A stretch of DNA of 64,000 bases from an uncultured candidate division Zixibacteria bacterium (GTDB taxonomy: Bacteria; Zixibacteria; MSB-5A5; UBA10806; 4484-95). Each line of letters opens with the position of its first letter. Within the stretch, counting starts at the first letter, position 1. This document shows, piece after piece, positions 21,326 through 31,268 of the stretch. A program made the translations under genes and the position numbers. The stretch spans positions 800,001 through 864,000 of the forward strand of contig CAXXKA010000008.1 in the NCBI GenBank assembly GCA_963668625.2. Direction: 5' to 3'. Under the pieces are notes generated by a model. The model was not told where the DNA came from. It saw only the letters and a program-made list of their open reading frames with translations, and did not search any database.

Positions 21326-22477
21326 ATGGACAAAAAGCTGGTAAAAGTGTGTCCGCAGGTGATCGAACTTAAAGACCCGGAATTAAATTATTATGATATC
21401 ATATTATCCGGTGAAAATAGAACGCTTCTAAAACTGGATAATAACGAATCGACGCTTCCTCCCTCGGAGAAAGTTTTGAACTCTCTGAAGAAAACTATCG
21501 AGGGCGAAACACTGAACCATCACCCGGATTACAATATCGGTAAATTAAAAAGGAAACTATCTCACTACGCCGGTGTCAGCTTCAATTCGATAACCTGTTT
21601 CGGTAATGAGGCCTCGATGATCGAATCGATTGGCCATACTTACTTGAAACAAGGTCTGGACGCGCTCGCGACCTGGCCTAATGAAGGGCTGGTTTCACAT
21701 TATCTCTGTTCAACCGGCGCCCGGGTCATAAACTCCCAATTCGAGGATCCATTCAAACCACGCATAGAGGAGTTAATCTCCGGGATATCGAATAAAACAA
21801 GACTTATATATATCGGTAATCCCAACCCGATAACGGGATCATTATTTTCCGAGGCGGAACTCGTATTTTTACTTTCCTATGCCGAGAATATCATGATTGT
21901 CGTGGATGAAACCTATTTCGAGTATTCGGGATGCACCATTGCGGATATGATCGAAAGCTATCCTAACCTGATAGTAGTCAGATCGCTTTCCCGGGCATTC
22001 GCACTAGCCGGTATGGATATAAGCTATATAATGACCGATCCTGAAAATCTTAAATTTATCAATCGCTTGGCGATCGGGAAATATCCTAATATGCTTGCCA
22101 GAAACGCCGCTATGGCCGCGCTGGAGGATTCGAGACACCTGGAAAATACGATATACCAGATAAACGAGTCGAAAAAGATGCTTTACAGCGGACTTAATAT
22201 GCTGGGCTATGATTTTACGATCTCGCCGGCGAATTTCATTACATTGAAAGTAACCGAACCCGAAAAATTCACCCTGGCGATGGCCGAAAAAAATATATAT
22301 GTAAAACATCTGATAAAATATCACGGTTTCGAGAACCATATCAGGATTACTATCGGCACTCCTGACCAAACAGGTATTCTATTAGATATTCTCAGCCAAA
22401 TACGAACCGGGCCGGTTAAGAGTTCTCATAACAGGCTAAACAGGCTGACAGAACATCGGGCATTATCTAAAAGCTAA
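21326..22477 (+). CDS. HisC-like class I/II aminotransferase homolog, catalytic Lys absent
   Basis: LDNNE, GNPNPITG, VDETY, IRITIG; SLSRAF replaces SFSKAY. Confidence 0.75.
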   Translation: MDKKLVKVCPQVIELKDPELNYYDIILSGENRTLLKLDNNESTLPPSEKVLNSLKKTIEGETLNHHPDYNIGKLKRKLSHYAGVSFNSITCFGNEASMIESIGHTYLKQGLDALATWPNEGLVSHYLCSTGARVINSQFEDPFKPRIEELISGISNKTRLIYIGNPNPITGSLFSEAELVFLLSYAENIMIVVDETYFEYSGCTIADMIESYPNLIVVRSLSRAFALAGMDISYIMTDPENLKFINRLAIGKYPNMLARNAAMAALEDSRHLENTIYQINESKKMLYSGLNMLGYDFTISPANFITLKVTEPEKFTLAMAEKNIYVKHLIKYHGFENHIRITIGTPDQTGILLDILSQIRTGPVKSSHNRLNRLTEHRALSKS

Positions 22478-22642
22478 TTAGCTAAATAGCATATATGGAA
22501 AATGGAATCGAAAGCTGAAGCTTTAATGGATCGTTCATGCTTGTTAAACTAAGGAGTTATTTTAAAACATAATCTATCGGGATGATTAACTGTACCGAGA
22601 TAAGAATTACTGAAGTCAAGTTGACCGCATAGAGGAGAATTA

Positions 22643-24055
22643 GTGTTAAGAGAGCATCTTGATAGTTTGAGACGATTGTTGTTCGTTGCTTACATTTCCC
22701 TGGTGGTATTTTGCTACCATACTGCTCTATACATAGAATCGCAAATCCAATCCAATCCGTTTAATTATGATCGATTCGATGAGTTTTTACCCATCATCCT
22801 CATTATCTGGGGCTTCGTATTATATAACGCCAGAGACTGTTACTCGTTCAGATCAAAATCAATATTTCAGGTCGCCCGGACTGCTATACGGGCCTCATTA
22901 TTTGCCTCCTCGGTATATGTTTTGTACATATTTTTTATTGGATACTCGCAGTATAGCAAATTACAGACAGCCACTTTTCTTATTCTCTCGATGTTTTCCA
23001 TCCTGGCTATGAGGCTTTCGATTCATATGTTACTCGAATATATCCGTAGTCGGGGGTTCAACTACCAGACCGTCATAGTTGTAGGCCGGGGCAGGCGGGC
23101 CAAAGCATTCGCCGACAGGATATTCACGAATCAGCAATGGGGTTATAAAATCACTGGATTTCTATTCAGCGGCGTTAACAACCCGAGCGCATTATGGAGT
23201 TATCGTGATGTTCCGGCTATCGGTAACCTGAGCAACCTTCCCGAGATAATCAAATCCCAGCAGGTTGACTGGATCGTATTCGCGGTGGAAAATGCCGAGC
23301 TAAGTAAAATCGAACAGGCGGTGAAAGTATGCGATGAGATGGGTACCAGGGCGGCGGTTTTGACAGATCTATATCCCTCACGTTACGCAGATAAACGTAT
23401 CGAGGAATTTTTCGATTCACCGGTTCTGTTATTCGACTCACTACCAAATAGGGGCTTTTCCCTTGTAGTTAAAGAAGTTATAGATAAGGTTTTGGCCTTG
23501 TCGGGAATTGTCATTGTTTCACCATTACTCGTTATTACTTCAATAATAATAAAAGTTTTCTCGAAAGGGTCGATTTTATATAAACAGGAGCGGTTGGGTA
23601 TTAACGGCAGGAAATTTGAAATGTACAAATTCCGCACGATGATTCCCGATGCTGATTCGATTAAAGACGACTTATCGGAAAAAAACGAAATGGATGGGCC
23701 GGTGTTTAAGCTTAAGGAGGATCCTAGGGTTACGCCCGTTGGACGTTTATTAAGGAAAACCTCGATTGATGAGTTACCACAACTAATAAACGTTCTGAAA
23801 GGGGATATGTCTTTGGTCGGACCGCGACCACCGCTATCCAACGAGGTTGTACAATACGATCCCTGGCAGAGACGTCGTCTCTCCATGAAACCCGGGATCA
23901 CCTGCCTATGGCAAATCGGGGGGCGTAACAATATTAGTTTCAAGAAATGGATGGAGTTGGACTTGAAATATATTGATAATTGGTCGCTCTGGCTGGATAC
24001 TAAGATACTCGCCAAGACCATCCCCGCGGTACTCAGTCGCAAAGGCGCCAGATAG
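22643..24055 (+). CDS. Priming polyprenyl glycosylphosphotransferase (WcaJ/WbaP family)
   Basis: 4 TM, CoA-binding-like domain, KFRTM, DPRVT, DELPQL.NVLKGDMSLVGPRP. Confidence 0.93.
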   Translation: MLREHLDSLRRLLFVAYISLVVFCYHTALYIESQIQSNPFNYDRFDEFLPIILIIWGFVLYNARDCYSFRSKSIFQVARTAIRASLFASSVYVLYIFFIGYSQYSKLQTATFLILSMFSILAMRLSIHMLLEYIRSRGFNYQTVIVVGRGRRAKAFADRIFTNQQWGYKITGFLFSGVNNPSALWSYRDVPAIGNLSNLPEIIKSQQVDWIVFAVENAELSKIEQAVKVCDEMGTRAAVLTDLYPSRYADKRIEEFFDSPVLLFDSLPNRGFSLVVKEVIDKVLALSGIVIVSPLLVITSIIIKVFSKGSILYKQERLGINGRKFEMYKFRTMIPDADSIKDDLSEKNEMDGPVFKLKEDPRVTPVGRLLRKTSIDELPQLINVLKGDMSLVGPRPPLSNEVVQYDPWQRRRLSMKPGITCLWQIGGRNNISFKKWMELDLKYIDNWSLWLDTKILAKTIPAVLSRKGAR

Positions 24056-24064
24056 GAAATTTAA

Positions 24065-25138
24065 ATGAGCCAAATCCTGGTCGTAGATAACAATGAGCAT
24101 ATCACACGGATGTTTCAGGAGGTATTGTCTCGCGCCGGTAATGATATTACGGTGGCTGAAACAGGCCGGGAGGCGATGAGGTTAATCGATAACAATCGAT
24201 TCGATATCGCTTACGTGGACTTAGCCCTGGATGACACCAGTGGCTTGAATATCCTCTGCTACCTCAATAATAGAACGCCCGAAACGGTATCGGTGGTGAT
24301 ATCAGGTAAAACCAACATCGATTACGCTATCGAATCTATAAAAGCGGGCGCTTTTCGTTATATGAAAAAGCCTTTTGATGTGGACGATATTTTGGACGTT
24401 ACCGCCCAGGCTCGGGCGGAATACGAAAGACGAATTACATCTCTTTCCAGGGAAAGCGAACCCCTGGAGCCTCAACACTACGTGAAACTTCTTGGCGACC
24501 TGGTATTGATGATTCCAGCTATGCTGTTAGGTTTTTTAGTACAGCAGGAAATTTACTACTACCGTGAAATCCCGATATTTTGGGGCACGAAAGAGGTGAT
24601 CTATATCCTGGCTTCTTTCGCGTTCTGCTATTCGTTCATTTTTACCGCCTCATACGGCAAAGCCCTCAGATCGAACACATTTCATATTAATGAAATGATT
24701 AAATCGTACGGTTCCGTTTTTATATTGTTTGCCGCCATACTATTTTTCGTAACCGATTTCATTTACGGACGGCTGGTGCTGGTAACAGGTTTCGCTCTTG
24801 GCCTGCCTGCCCTATGGATAAGCAGGAAGGTACTGAGCAAACATCTCGGCAATTGGCTACTGGCCAGCAAGGAAGGCCCCAGAACGCTCAAGTTAAAGAG
24901 TATTCCACTTACGGAACCCTCCGAGGAAACCGAAACCCCGACTATATCCACGACTCTAAACAGCCCGAAGACAGAGCTGCCGGAGAATATCGAAAAGCAA
25001 CCGGCGGTCGATAAAAGAACCCCGCCCCCTACCGAAACGAGCGGTGATTGGGGAAGCCGTCTGATACGGGAATTCCGGGATAACAGGTTGAAAAAATTCG
25101 AAAAGCAGGAAAAACGTAAACCTGAAAAAGTGAAATAG
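24065..25138 (+). CDS. Response-regulator receiver fused to a 4-TM domain and low-complexity tail
   Basis: ILVVDNN...YVDL...KPF receiver; four hydrophobic segments follow. Confidence 0.8.
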   Translation: MSQILVVDNNEHITRMFQEVLSRAGNDITVAETGREAMRLIDNNRFDIAYVDLALDDTSGLNILCYLNNRTPETVSVVISGKTNIDYAIESIKAGAFRYMKKPFDVDDILDVTAQARAEYERRITSLSRESEPLEPQHYVKLLGDLVLMIPAMLLGFLVQQEIYYYREIPIFWGTKEVIYILASFAFCYSFIFTASYGKALRSNTFHINEMIKSYGSVFILFAAILFFVTDFIYGRLVLVTGFALGLPALWISRKVLSKHLGNWLLASKEGPRTLKLKSIPLTEPSEETETPTISTTLNSPKTELPENIEKQPAVDKRTPPPTETSGDWGSRLIREFRDNRLKKFEKQEKRKPEKVK

Positions 25139-25147
25139 AAGTATTCG

Positions 25148-26656
25148 ATGTATGCTGTAAAAACCGCCGTGTTTATGGCTATATTTAACCTGGCAGTATA
25201 TGCCGGCGGCATAATCCCATTCAATGGATCGGATTCCGATATTTACTATAATTTCCACAGGGAATTATATCTCAGGGGACAAATCGAAACTATATCCTCG
25301 ATATATTCCCCCTCTGTCGATGGTGTTTCGGATGATATCGGTTCCGGATACCGATACCTGTTAACGCCATTGCATAACCTGGAAAGCCGATACCTCGCGG
25401 AAAATAACAATCTAGCCCTGGATATTAACCTGATGCCCCATAGTGTTATCACCAATGAGGATGAAAACGCATATATGGCCCTGGCGCCTTATTTAAACTA
25501 TGGTTTTTCGGATAGATTAACGATGGCCGTTGCCTATCGTGTGGATGGTGCATTGGTGGATGACCATCGCTACCAGGGCAAGAAATGGGATAATTTCGCC
25601 GGCTACGCCGACCTGGCAGTGATAAGCTACCGTACCCAAAAACTCAGGCTCGATATCGGCAGACGGCAATCATGCTGGGGAGCGGCCTCAGGCGGTAATT
25701 CGCTTATGCTTTCATCCTCGGCCATGCCTATGGATGGCGTATTTTTCGACTACTTTTTCGGCAAGCACCTGTCATTCCACTCGATAACAGCCTATCTTTC
25801 ACCACTCCCCCAAAACTCGCCGTATAGCGATATCGGTCAAACCGATAATCGTTACTTCTCGGCTCATGCTCTTCGAATATCGCCCCTCTCCTGGTGGGAG
25901 ATCGTCCTGAAAGAGTCGGTAATCTACGGCGGGATCGGCCGCCGCCTCGAACCAGGATACATCATTCCCGCGATCTGGTATCACGCCGAGCAATTGAATG
26001 ATAAAGTTGATGATAACACGTTTTTCGGTTTCGAGACTATCATACGTTCCCCGAACAGATATGCCGCCTTCCTCGAAATTCTTTTAGATGATATCCAGAT
26101 CGAAAACGAAACCGAGGCGGACAACGAGCCCACTGAAATCGGCATAATTATTGGCGCCGATCTGTTCGATTGGCCGATCGCAAAAGGAGCGTTGGAGTTC
26201 CAATATACGCGTGTCAATAATTATACGTACAATCAGATAAAACCTCGTAATGTATATATTAACCAAAATTATCCTATCGGGCACCCGCTTGGTCCCGATC
26301 ATGAAAGTTACGAAATATCATACACTTATCATGCCACAAAGGAATTTACAGCGATATTAAAAGGCAGCCTTACCAATAACGGCGAGGGCGCTTTAGGCGA
26401 TCCCTGGACCGAGCCCTGGCTGGATAATCCTGAATATTCGGAGAAGTTCCCCTCGGGCATCGTAGAGAGAAGATTAGAGGGTAAAATCAGCATTCACTAT
26501 GTTAAAAATGATTGGCTTAGAGGTAAGTTGAGCGCGGATCTGGCCGATATTAAAAATAATGAGAATTACTCCGCAGTCAATGAAACTGACTGGGGTATTA
26601 ATATTCAAATTATGGTTCATTTGCCAAAATTAAGCTGGAGGTTCAGTGATGACTAA
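25148..26656 (+). CDS. Capsule assembly Wzi-family outer-membrane protein
   Basis: GRRQSCWG...SLMLSS, RYFSAH, ESVIYGG, IGHPLGPD. Confidence 0.75.
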   Translation: MYAVKTAVFMAIFNLAVYAGGIIPFNGSDSDIYYNFHRELYLRGQIETISSIYSPSVDGVSDDIGSGYRYLLTPLHNLESRYLAENNNLALDINLMPHSVITNEDENAYMALAPYLNYGFSDRLTMAVAYRVDGALVDDHRYQGKKWDNFAGYADLAVISYRTQKLRLDIGRRQSCWGAASGGNSLMLSSSAMPMDGVFFDYFFGKHLSFHSITAYLSPLPQNSPYSDIGQTDNRYFSAHALRISPLSWWEIVLKESVIYGGIGRRLEPGYIIPAIWYHAEQLNDKVDDNTFFGFETIIRSPNRYAAFLEILLDDIQIENETEADNEPTEIGIIIGADLFDWPIAKGALEFQYTRVNNYTYNQIKPRNVYINQNYPIGHPLGPDHESYEISYTYHATKEFTAILKGSLTNNGEGALGDPWTEPWLDNPEYSEKFPSGIVERRLEGKISIHYVKNDWLRGKLSADLADIKNNENYSAVNETDWGINIQIMVHLPKLSWRFSDD

Positions 26657-28652
26657 GAATATTAAATCAGCAATCGTGTTCACGATTATATTTGCCCTGG
26701 CGGCATTTGGGATATCGTCGGCCGATAGCGATTATCAGGTAGGCACGCGCGGCGAGGCTATCGGATTCGCGTTTTCGGTTTTGGCGGATGAGCCATTCGG
26801 TTCACTCTACAATCCGGCCGGCCCGGCATTCAGCCATGGATACCAGGCCCAGGTCGGCTACCAGATGCCGACCGAATACGGCCTTTCGCCTATCGAGGAA
26901 TCACCATATGGCGCTATGATGGGAGTTAACTACAGCACCGCCAATATGGGTACGGTCTCTTTCAACTCCCACAGGTACGGTTCATTTTCCGATCCATCAT
27001 ATGTAACCACGACCAACGCCATAAATCTTTCTTATGCCCACCCGTTCGGACAATCGCTTTCGGCAGGTATAGGGATCAAATACCTGTTCGAGTCCGATTT
27101 CGAGAAACGCAACGCCTTCGATTTCGATTTGGGCGTGAAATATCGCATAAACGAAAATATCAGTGTCGGCGGTGTTCTGGAAAACGCTACCCGCGCGAAT
27201 TTCAATTCCGATCTGCTCAGTGCCCATCTGGATAGAAAAGTTCGAGTAGCCGGAGCATACCATCTTCAGTTGAACCAGCATATCGCCTCATTTTTATTGG
27301 GTACCCAGTTTACCCAAAACGAGGGCGAGGATGTCGAGTTCACGAATTTGTTGAATGTCGGCACCGAATGGTGGTTGGCCGCGTACAGCGATATTTCTCT
27401 GGGCGCGAGAGGCGGCTACACTTTCGGCAAGTACAAACCCTCCGTTCTGGATGAACAGGACTACAGTCGTTGGAGCCTCGGTTTCTCGCTCAATTTCAAT
27501 ATGCAGGGTAACGACCTTCGCATTGACTATGCCATAAGATCATATCCTTACGAGTCGGATGAATCGCTCACCGCCGATCAATTTTTGTCAGTCAGTTATG
27601 GCTGGGGCGGCGTACCCGATTATTTCGCCGGCAAAGAAATCAAGGATGATAAATACGACCTGACCAAATATCAGCAATCGCAGGATTGGCAAACACCGGA
27701 AAGCGTGGAAAAGTTACGTGAACCGGTAACGGTCGTCGAAACGCCGATTGCCGAGCCTGGAACTCAGGTTGAACTCCCGGTTGAGGTTGCCTCGAAACCA
27801 CAAACACCGGTTGCAGCTCCTGGCGAAATCGCCCCGAAACCGAAACCGGCCGAGGAGCCGGCAATAAACACTCCGGTTGGTATTCCGCCTACCCAAACAC
27901 AGGCGCCTCCAGAGGTCACGCAAACTCAAGAACCAGTCAGCTTGACGATCGTAGATAACACCATTTTAGTGAATGAACAGCCGATAGAGTCACCGGTTTC
28001 GATAAGCGAGCCCAAACCGGTGGTCGAAACACCCATAGAGCCTACCGACGAGACAACGCCGGTCAGCCTGAAAATAATCGAATTGCCTGAGCCGGAAAAA
28101 GCTCCGGTGAGTTTAACGCCTGCGCCGGTAGCGGTTCCCACACCTACTCAAAACCAGGTTGAACAACCCCAAAGCCAAATGCCCGAAGTTGTGGCCACGG
28201 AGCCTCCGATGCAGTCAGAGCCTCCCGTGATTGCCCAGATACCCGAGGAAGAACCGGCCATCGTTCCGGTAATAAATAAGCCTAAAAGAGCGCCGCAACC
28301 GGAAGAAATAGAGTACGAGAAACTGGAGCTTAGCCTGGATGCCAACCAGATGAGCGCGCTGGGTATGAATAAAGTTATTTTCACGATGAGGCCGAATGCG
28401 ATTCTTCATCTTGAATCGTGGAAACTTTACGTTTTCGCCAAGAAACCCAAAAAATGGAACCCGGCTGTTATTGATGATTACGCGATGGCTATTATACGGG
28501 GTAAAGGTGTTACGCCACTTACCATTGTTTGGGACGGCACGCTGGCGCGCGGCGGCACGATCGCTAAAGGCAAGTACTATTTCATAGTGGTGGGACAGGA
28601 TAGCTACGGCACTCATTACAAAACGAAATGGCGCAAATTTAAAGTCCAATAG
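26646..28652 (+). CDS. PorV/FadL-like beta-barrel with Pro-rich linker and FlgD-Ig-like C-terminus
   Basis: RGEAIGFAF...LYNPAG; alternating beta strands; ~200-aa P/E/V/T-rich stretch; VWDG...GKYYF. Confidence 0.65.
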   Translation: MMTKNIKSAIVFTIIFALAAFGISSADSDYQVGTRGEAIGFAFSVLADEPFGSLYNPAGPAFSHGYQAQVGYQMPTEYGLSPIEESPYGAMMGVNYSTANMGTVSFNSHRYGSFSDPSYVTTTNAINLSYAHPFGQSLSAGIGIKYLFESDFEKRNAFDFDLGVKYRINENISVGGVLENATRANFNSDLLSAHLDRKVRVAGAYHLQLNQHIASFLLGTQFTQNEGEDVEFTNLLNVGTEWWLAAYSDISLGARGGYTFGKYKPSVLDEQDYSRWSLGFSLNFNMQGNDLRIDYAIRSYPYESDESLTADQFLSVSYGWGGVPDYFAGKEIKDDKYDLTKYQQSQDWQTPESVEKLREPVTVVETPIAEPGTQVELPVEVASKPQTPVAAPGEIAPKPKPAEEPAINTPVGIPPTQTQAPPEVTQTQEPVSLTIVDNTILVNEQPIESPVSISEPKPVVETPIEPTDETTPVSLKIIELPEPEKAPVSLTPAPVAVPTPTQNQVEQPQSQMPEVVATEPPMQSEPPVIAQIPEEEPAIVPVINKPKRAPQPEEIEYEKLELSLDANQMSALGMNKVIFTMRPNAILHLESWKLYVFAKKPKKWNPAVIDDYAMAIIRGKGVTPLTIVWDGTLARGGTIAKGKYYFIVVGQDSYGTHYKTKWRKFKVQ

Positions 28653-28679
28653 AAAATTGCAATATCATGATGATACGAG

Positions 28680-28711
28680 AAAGCAGCGGCTGGAGGAGGG
28701 CGCTGCTTTTT
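28680..28711. terminator. Terminator between convergent genes
   Basis: AAAGCAGCG...CGCTGCTTTTT. Confidence 0.6.
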
Positions 28712-30003
28712 CTATTTAAGCAATGTCATTTTCACGACCTCGGTAACACCATCAACCTGCAACCGGGCGAAATACATGCCCGAGGCTATCGTGGCATCCC
28801 CCCAGCGATACTTATGCTCGCCGGTTCGTAATTCGCTATTGACTATGGTACATACCCGGCTGCCCAGGATATCGTAAATTTCCAGTTTCACCTGACCGGC
28901 GTTGCCCAGGTTAAAGCTGATCTCGGTTGATATGTTAAACGGGTTGGGATAACTGCCCAGGCTTAACCGATAATCACCGGGTATCTCAACAGGCTCATCG
29001 ATACCCGTAAGGTAGTTCAACTCCTCCAGGTAAACATCATGGTTATCCGGGTAATTGACCGCGTGCGCATATGTGATATACTCATCATGCCCCTCGATAT
29101 ACAGATGCGGCTGGGTGTTATTAACATTATCCTCGGTAATGATATATTCCTCGCCCCAGTCGATAGCATCATAGGAGAAACGGCAACAGATATTGTACAC
29201 GCCGGCGGTGTTTTTTGCATAAGAGAGCATATAGGCGCTATCGAACATCTCGCATACGAAAGGATCGTGCGAGTTCATGTTGTCGGTCATACGCATGTGT
29301 TCGCTCCAGTCATCGAGATTGCCGGAGGTGGTAATGAAAACATCATACTCGTACGTTGTGCCTGTGCGTTTATGATAAGCGTACAGGTAAGTGCCGCCAC
29401 TATGGCGCATAATACGGGGACGGTATCCCGAATTGGATATCTGCCTTTTAAGCGTATCCCACTGGCCGCCGGCCGGGCAATGCGCTACATACACGCCGTT
29501 ACTCATCACCACATAGCTCATGGCTAACGAACCATCGGGTGACTGAGTCACCGTAGGATCGTAATATTGTGTGCCGCCGGTCCAGCCTAAATCAACCACC
29601 CCCTCGGCAGTCCAGTCGATACCATCAAGAGAACAGGCGGAGTAGATTTTATAGCCGCCATCCTCGTTTTCGAGGCATAATACAGCCGGATAGTATCAGA
29701 TGGTGTCTGCACGAACGACAATGTCGCCTGATCACCCGCGCCGGTTATGATAGCCTCGGGATCGCTCCAGGTCAGGCCGTCATCATCGGAGAACGCAACA
29801 TACAGGTCGCCCGATTGCCAGTCGGGGTTGCGGCAGAACACGGTCATCAACCGGCCGGTGTGTATCCTGGCAATCCACGACTCGTAATCGTTACCAGGCC
29901 CTCCGGAGATGATAACCGGGTCGGCGAAGGCCGCGCATGAAATCGTTAATACCATCATAAGCTGCAAAACTATTCTTGTGATATAGTTGCTCGAATAATT
30001 CAT
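28712..30003 (-). pseudogene. Frameshifted secreted BNR/Asp-box propeller protein with T9SS-type C-terminal domain
   Basis: N-terminal ORF (SD AAGGAG, SDDDGLTW) joins the downstream frame at an A4 run (29667-29670): ...YYAS / NEDGGYKIYSACSLDGIDW...; ends SYPNPFN...KMTLLK. Confidence 0.75.
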
Positions 30004-30251
30004 AAACAATCTCCTTGTGAATCGTACCCAATATGATAAATATAAAAGAGAATGTCGAATATACAAGAACTAATATTTGCCGCTAGCGGTAAGTTCAAGC
30101 TAGCTTCCTGATCTCCCGGACCATTCGGCAATTCCGATAGATGATCGTAATTGCTAGATATATAAGAGATTATTCCGCAGTACACAGCTATCAAAACCAA
30201 TAGTATTCCGTTTTCTTAAACCACAGGGAAATTCTGGAAACATTCCATTAG

Positions 30252-30277
30252 AATATACGTAAGCACTTACATATATT
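30252..30277. promoter_or_regulatory. Probable MarR operator
   Basis: IR AATATA-C-GTAAG-CA-CTTAC-A-TATATT, 24 nt upstream of the MarR-GNAT gene. Confidence 0.6.
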
Positions 30278-30301
30278 TATTGTTAGAAGGGTGATTAAAA
30301 T

Positions 30302-31267
30302 ATGGATTTAATTCAGAATCTCGGCCCCCTGGCTTTTGCCAGTCGGCTCAAGCGATTAGCGGATATCCTTCAGAGGGATGTATCACGAATATATAAAGAT
30401 CAACATCTGGATTTCGAGGCGCGCTGGTTTCCTGTTATGTACGCTCTTACGCAGAAACAATCTATGGCAATCACCGAGCTTGCCAGAAAACTGAATATGA
30501 CTCACCCGGCAATCAACCAGATATCCATGGCAATGGGGAAAAAGGGCTTGATCGATTCCAGGCGCGGTAAGGCGGATGAACGTCAGAGATTCATCAGTTT
30601 GAGTGCCAAAGGCGTGAAACTTGCCCGAGAGCTGAAACCCATCTGGCGGGAGATAAAAATCGCTACGGATGATTTAGTAAAATCTATCGGCGGCGATTTT
30701 TTCGATGCATTGTCCGGGATCGAAAAACAATTGGATAATAACAGCATGTATGCGAGAATCAATTCCAAATTTAAAGCTATTAATTATGAGAATATTGAGA
30801 TTGTCGGTTATAAACCGGCTTACAAAAAATATTTCAAGCAACTTAACTATCAATGGCTGAACGAGTATTTTAACATCGAGAGTCATGATGAAGAGATTCT
30901 CTCCAATCCTCATACTAATATTATCAAGCCAGGAGGCGTTATACTTTTCGCCCGACTCGAAAAGAAAGTGATCGGGACGGTAGCGGCCAAACCCATAAAT
31001 GCCGACATATTCGAGTTGAGCAAGCTCGCAGTCAGCGCTAAGTTCAGACGTATTCAAGCGGGCAGGAAACTGGTAGAGAGTATTATCGAAACGGTTAAAT
31101 CCGGGGGCGCACGGAAAATTATATTGGTAACCAGCCCCAAACTGACTGCGGCCAATAGTCTCTATTCGAGTCTGGGGTTCAATTTGGCAGAAGATGAATT
31201 CGACCTTTTGACGAATTTAAAGAGAAAATCATATTGTATGGAATTAGTATTTAAACCCGGGAGGTGA
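30302..31267 (+). CDS. Bifunctional MarR-type HTH / GNAT acetyltransferase
   Basis: ASRLKRL...THPAINQ...DERQR; FELSKLAVS...LYSSLGF. Confidence 0.9.
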   Translation: MDLIQNLGPLAFASRLKRLADILQRDVSRIYKDQHLDFEARWFPVMYALTQKQSMAITELARKLNMTHPAINQISMAMGKKGLIDSRRGKADERQRFISLSAKGVKLARELKPIWREIKIATDDLVKSIGGDFFDALSGIEKQLDNNSMYARINSKFKAINYENIEIVGYKPAYKKYFKQLNYQWLNEYFNIESHDEEILSNPHTNIIKPGGVILFARLEKKVIGTVAAKPINADIFELSKLAVSAKFRRIQAGRKLVESIIETVKSGGARKIILVTSPKLTAANSLYSSLGFNLAEDEFDLLTNLKRKSYCMELVFKPGR

Positions 31268-31268
31268 A

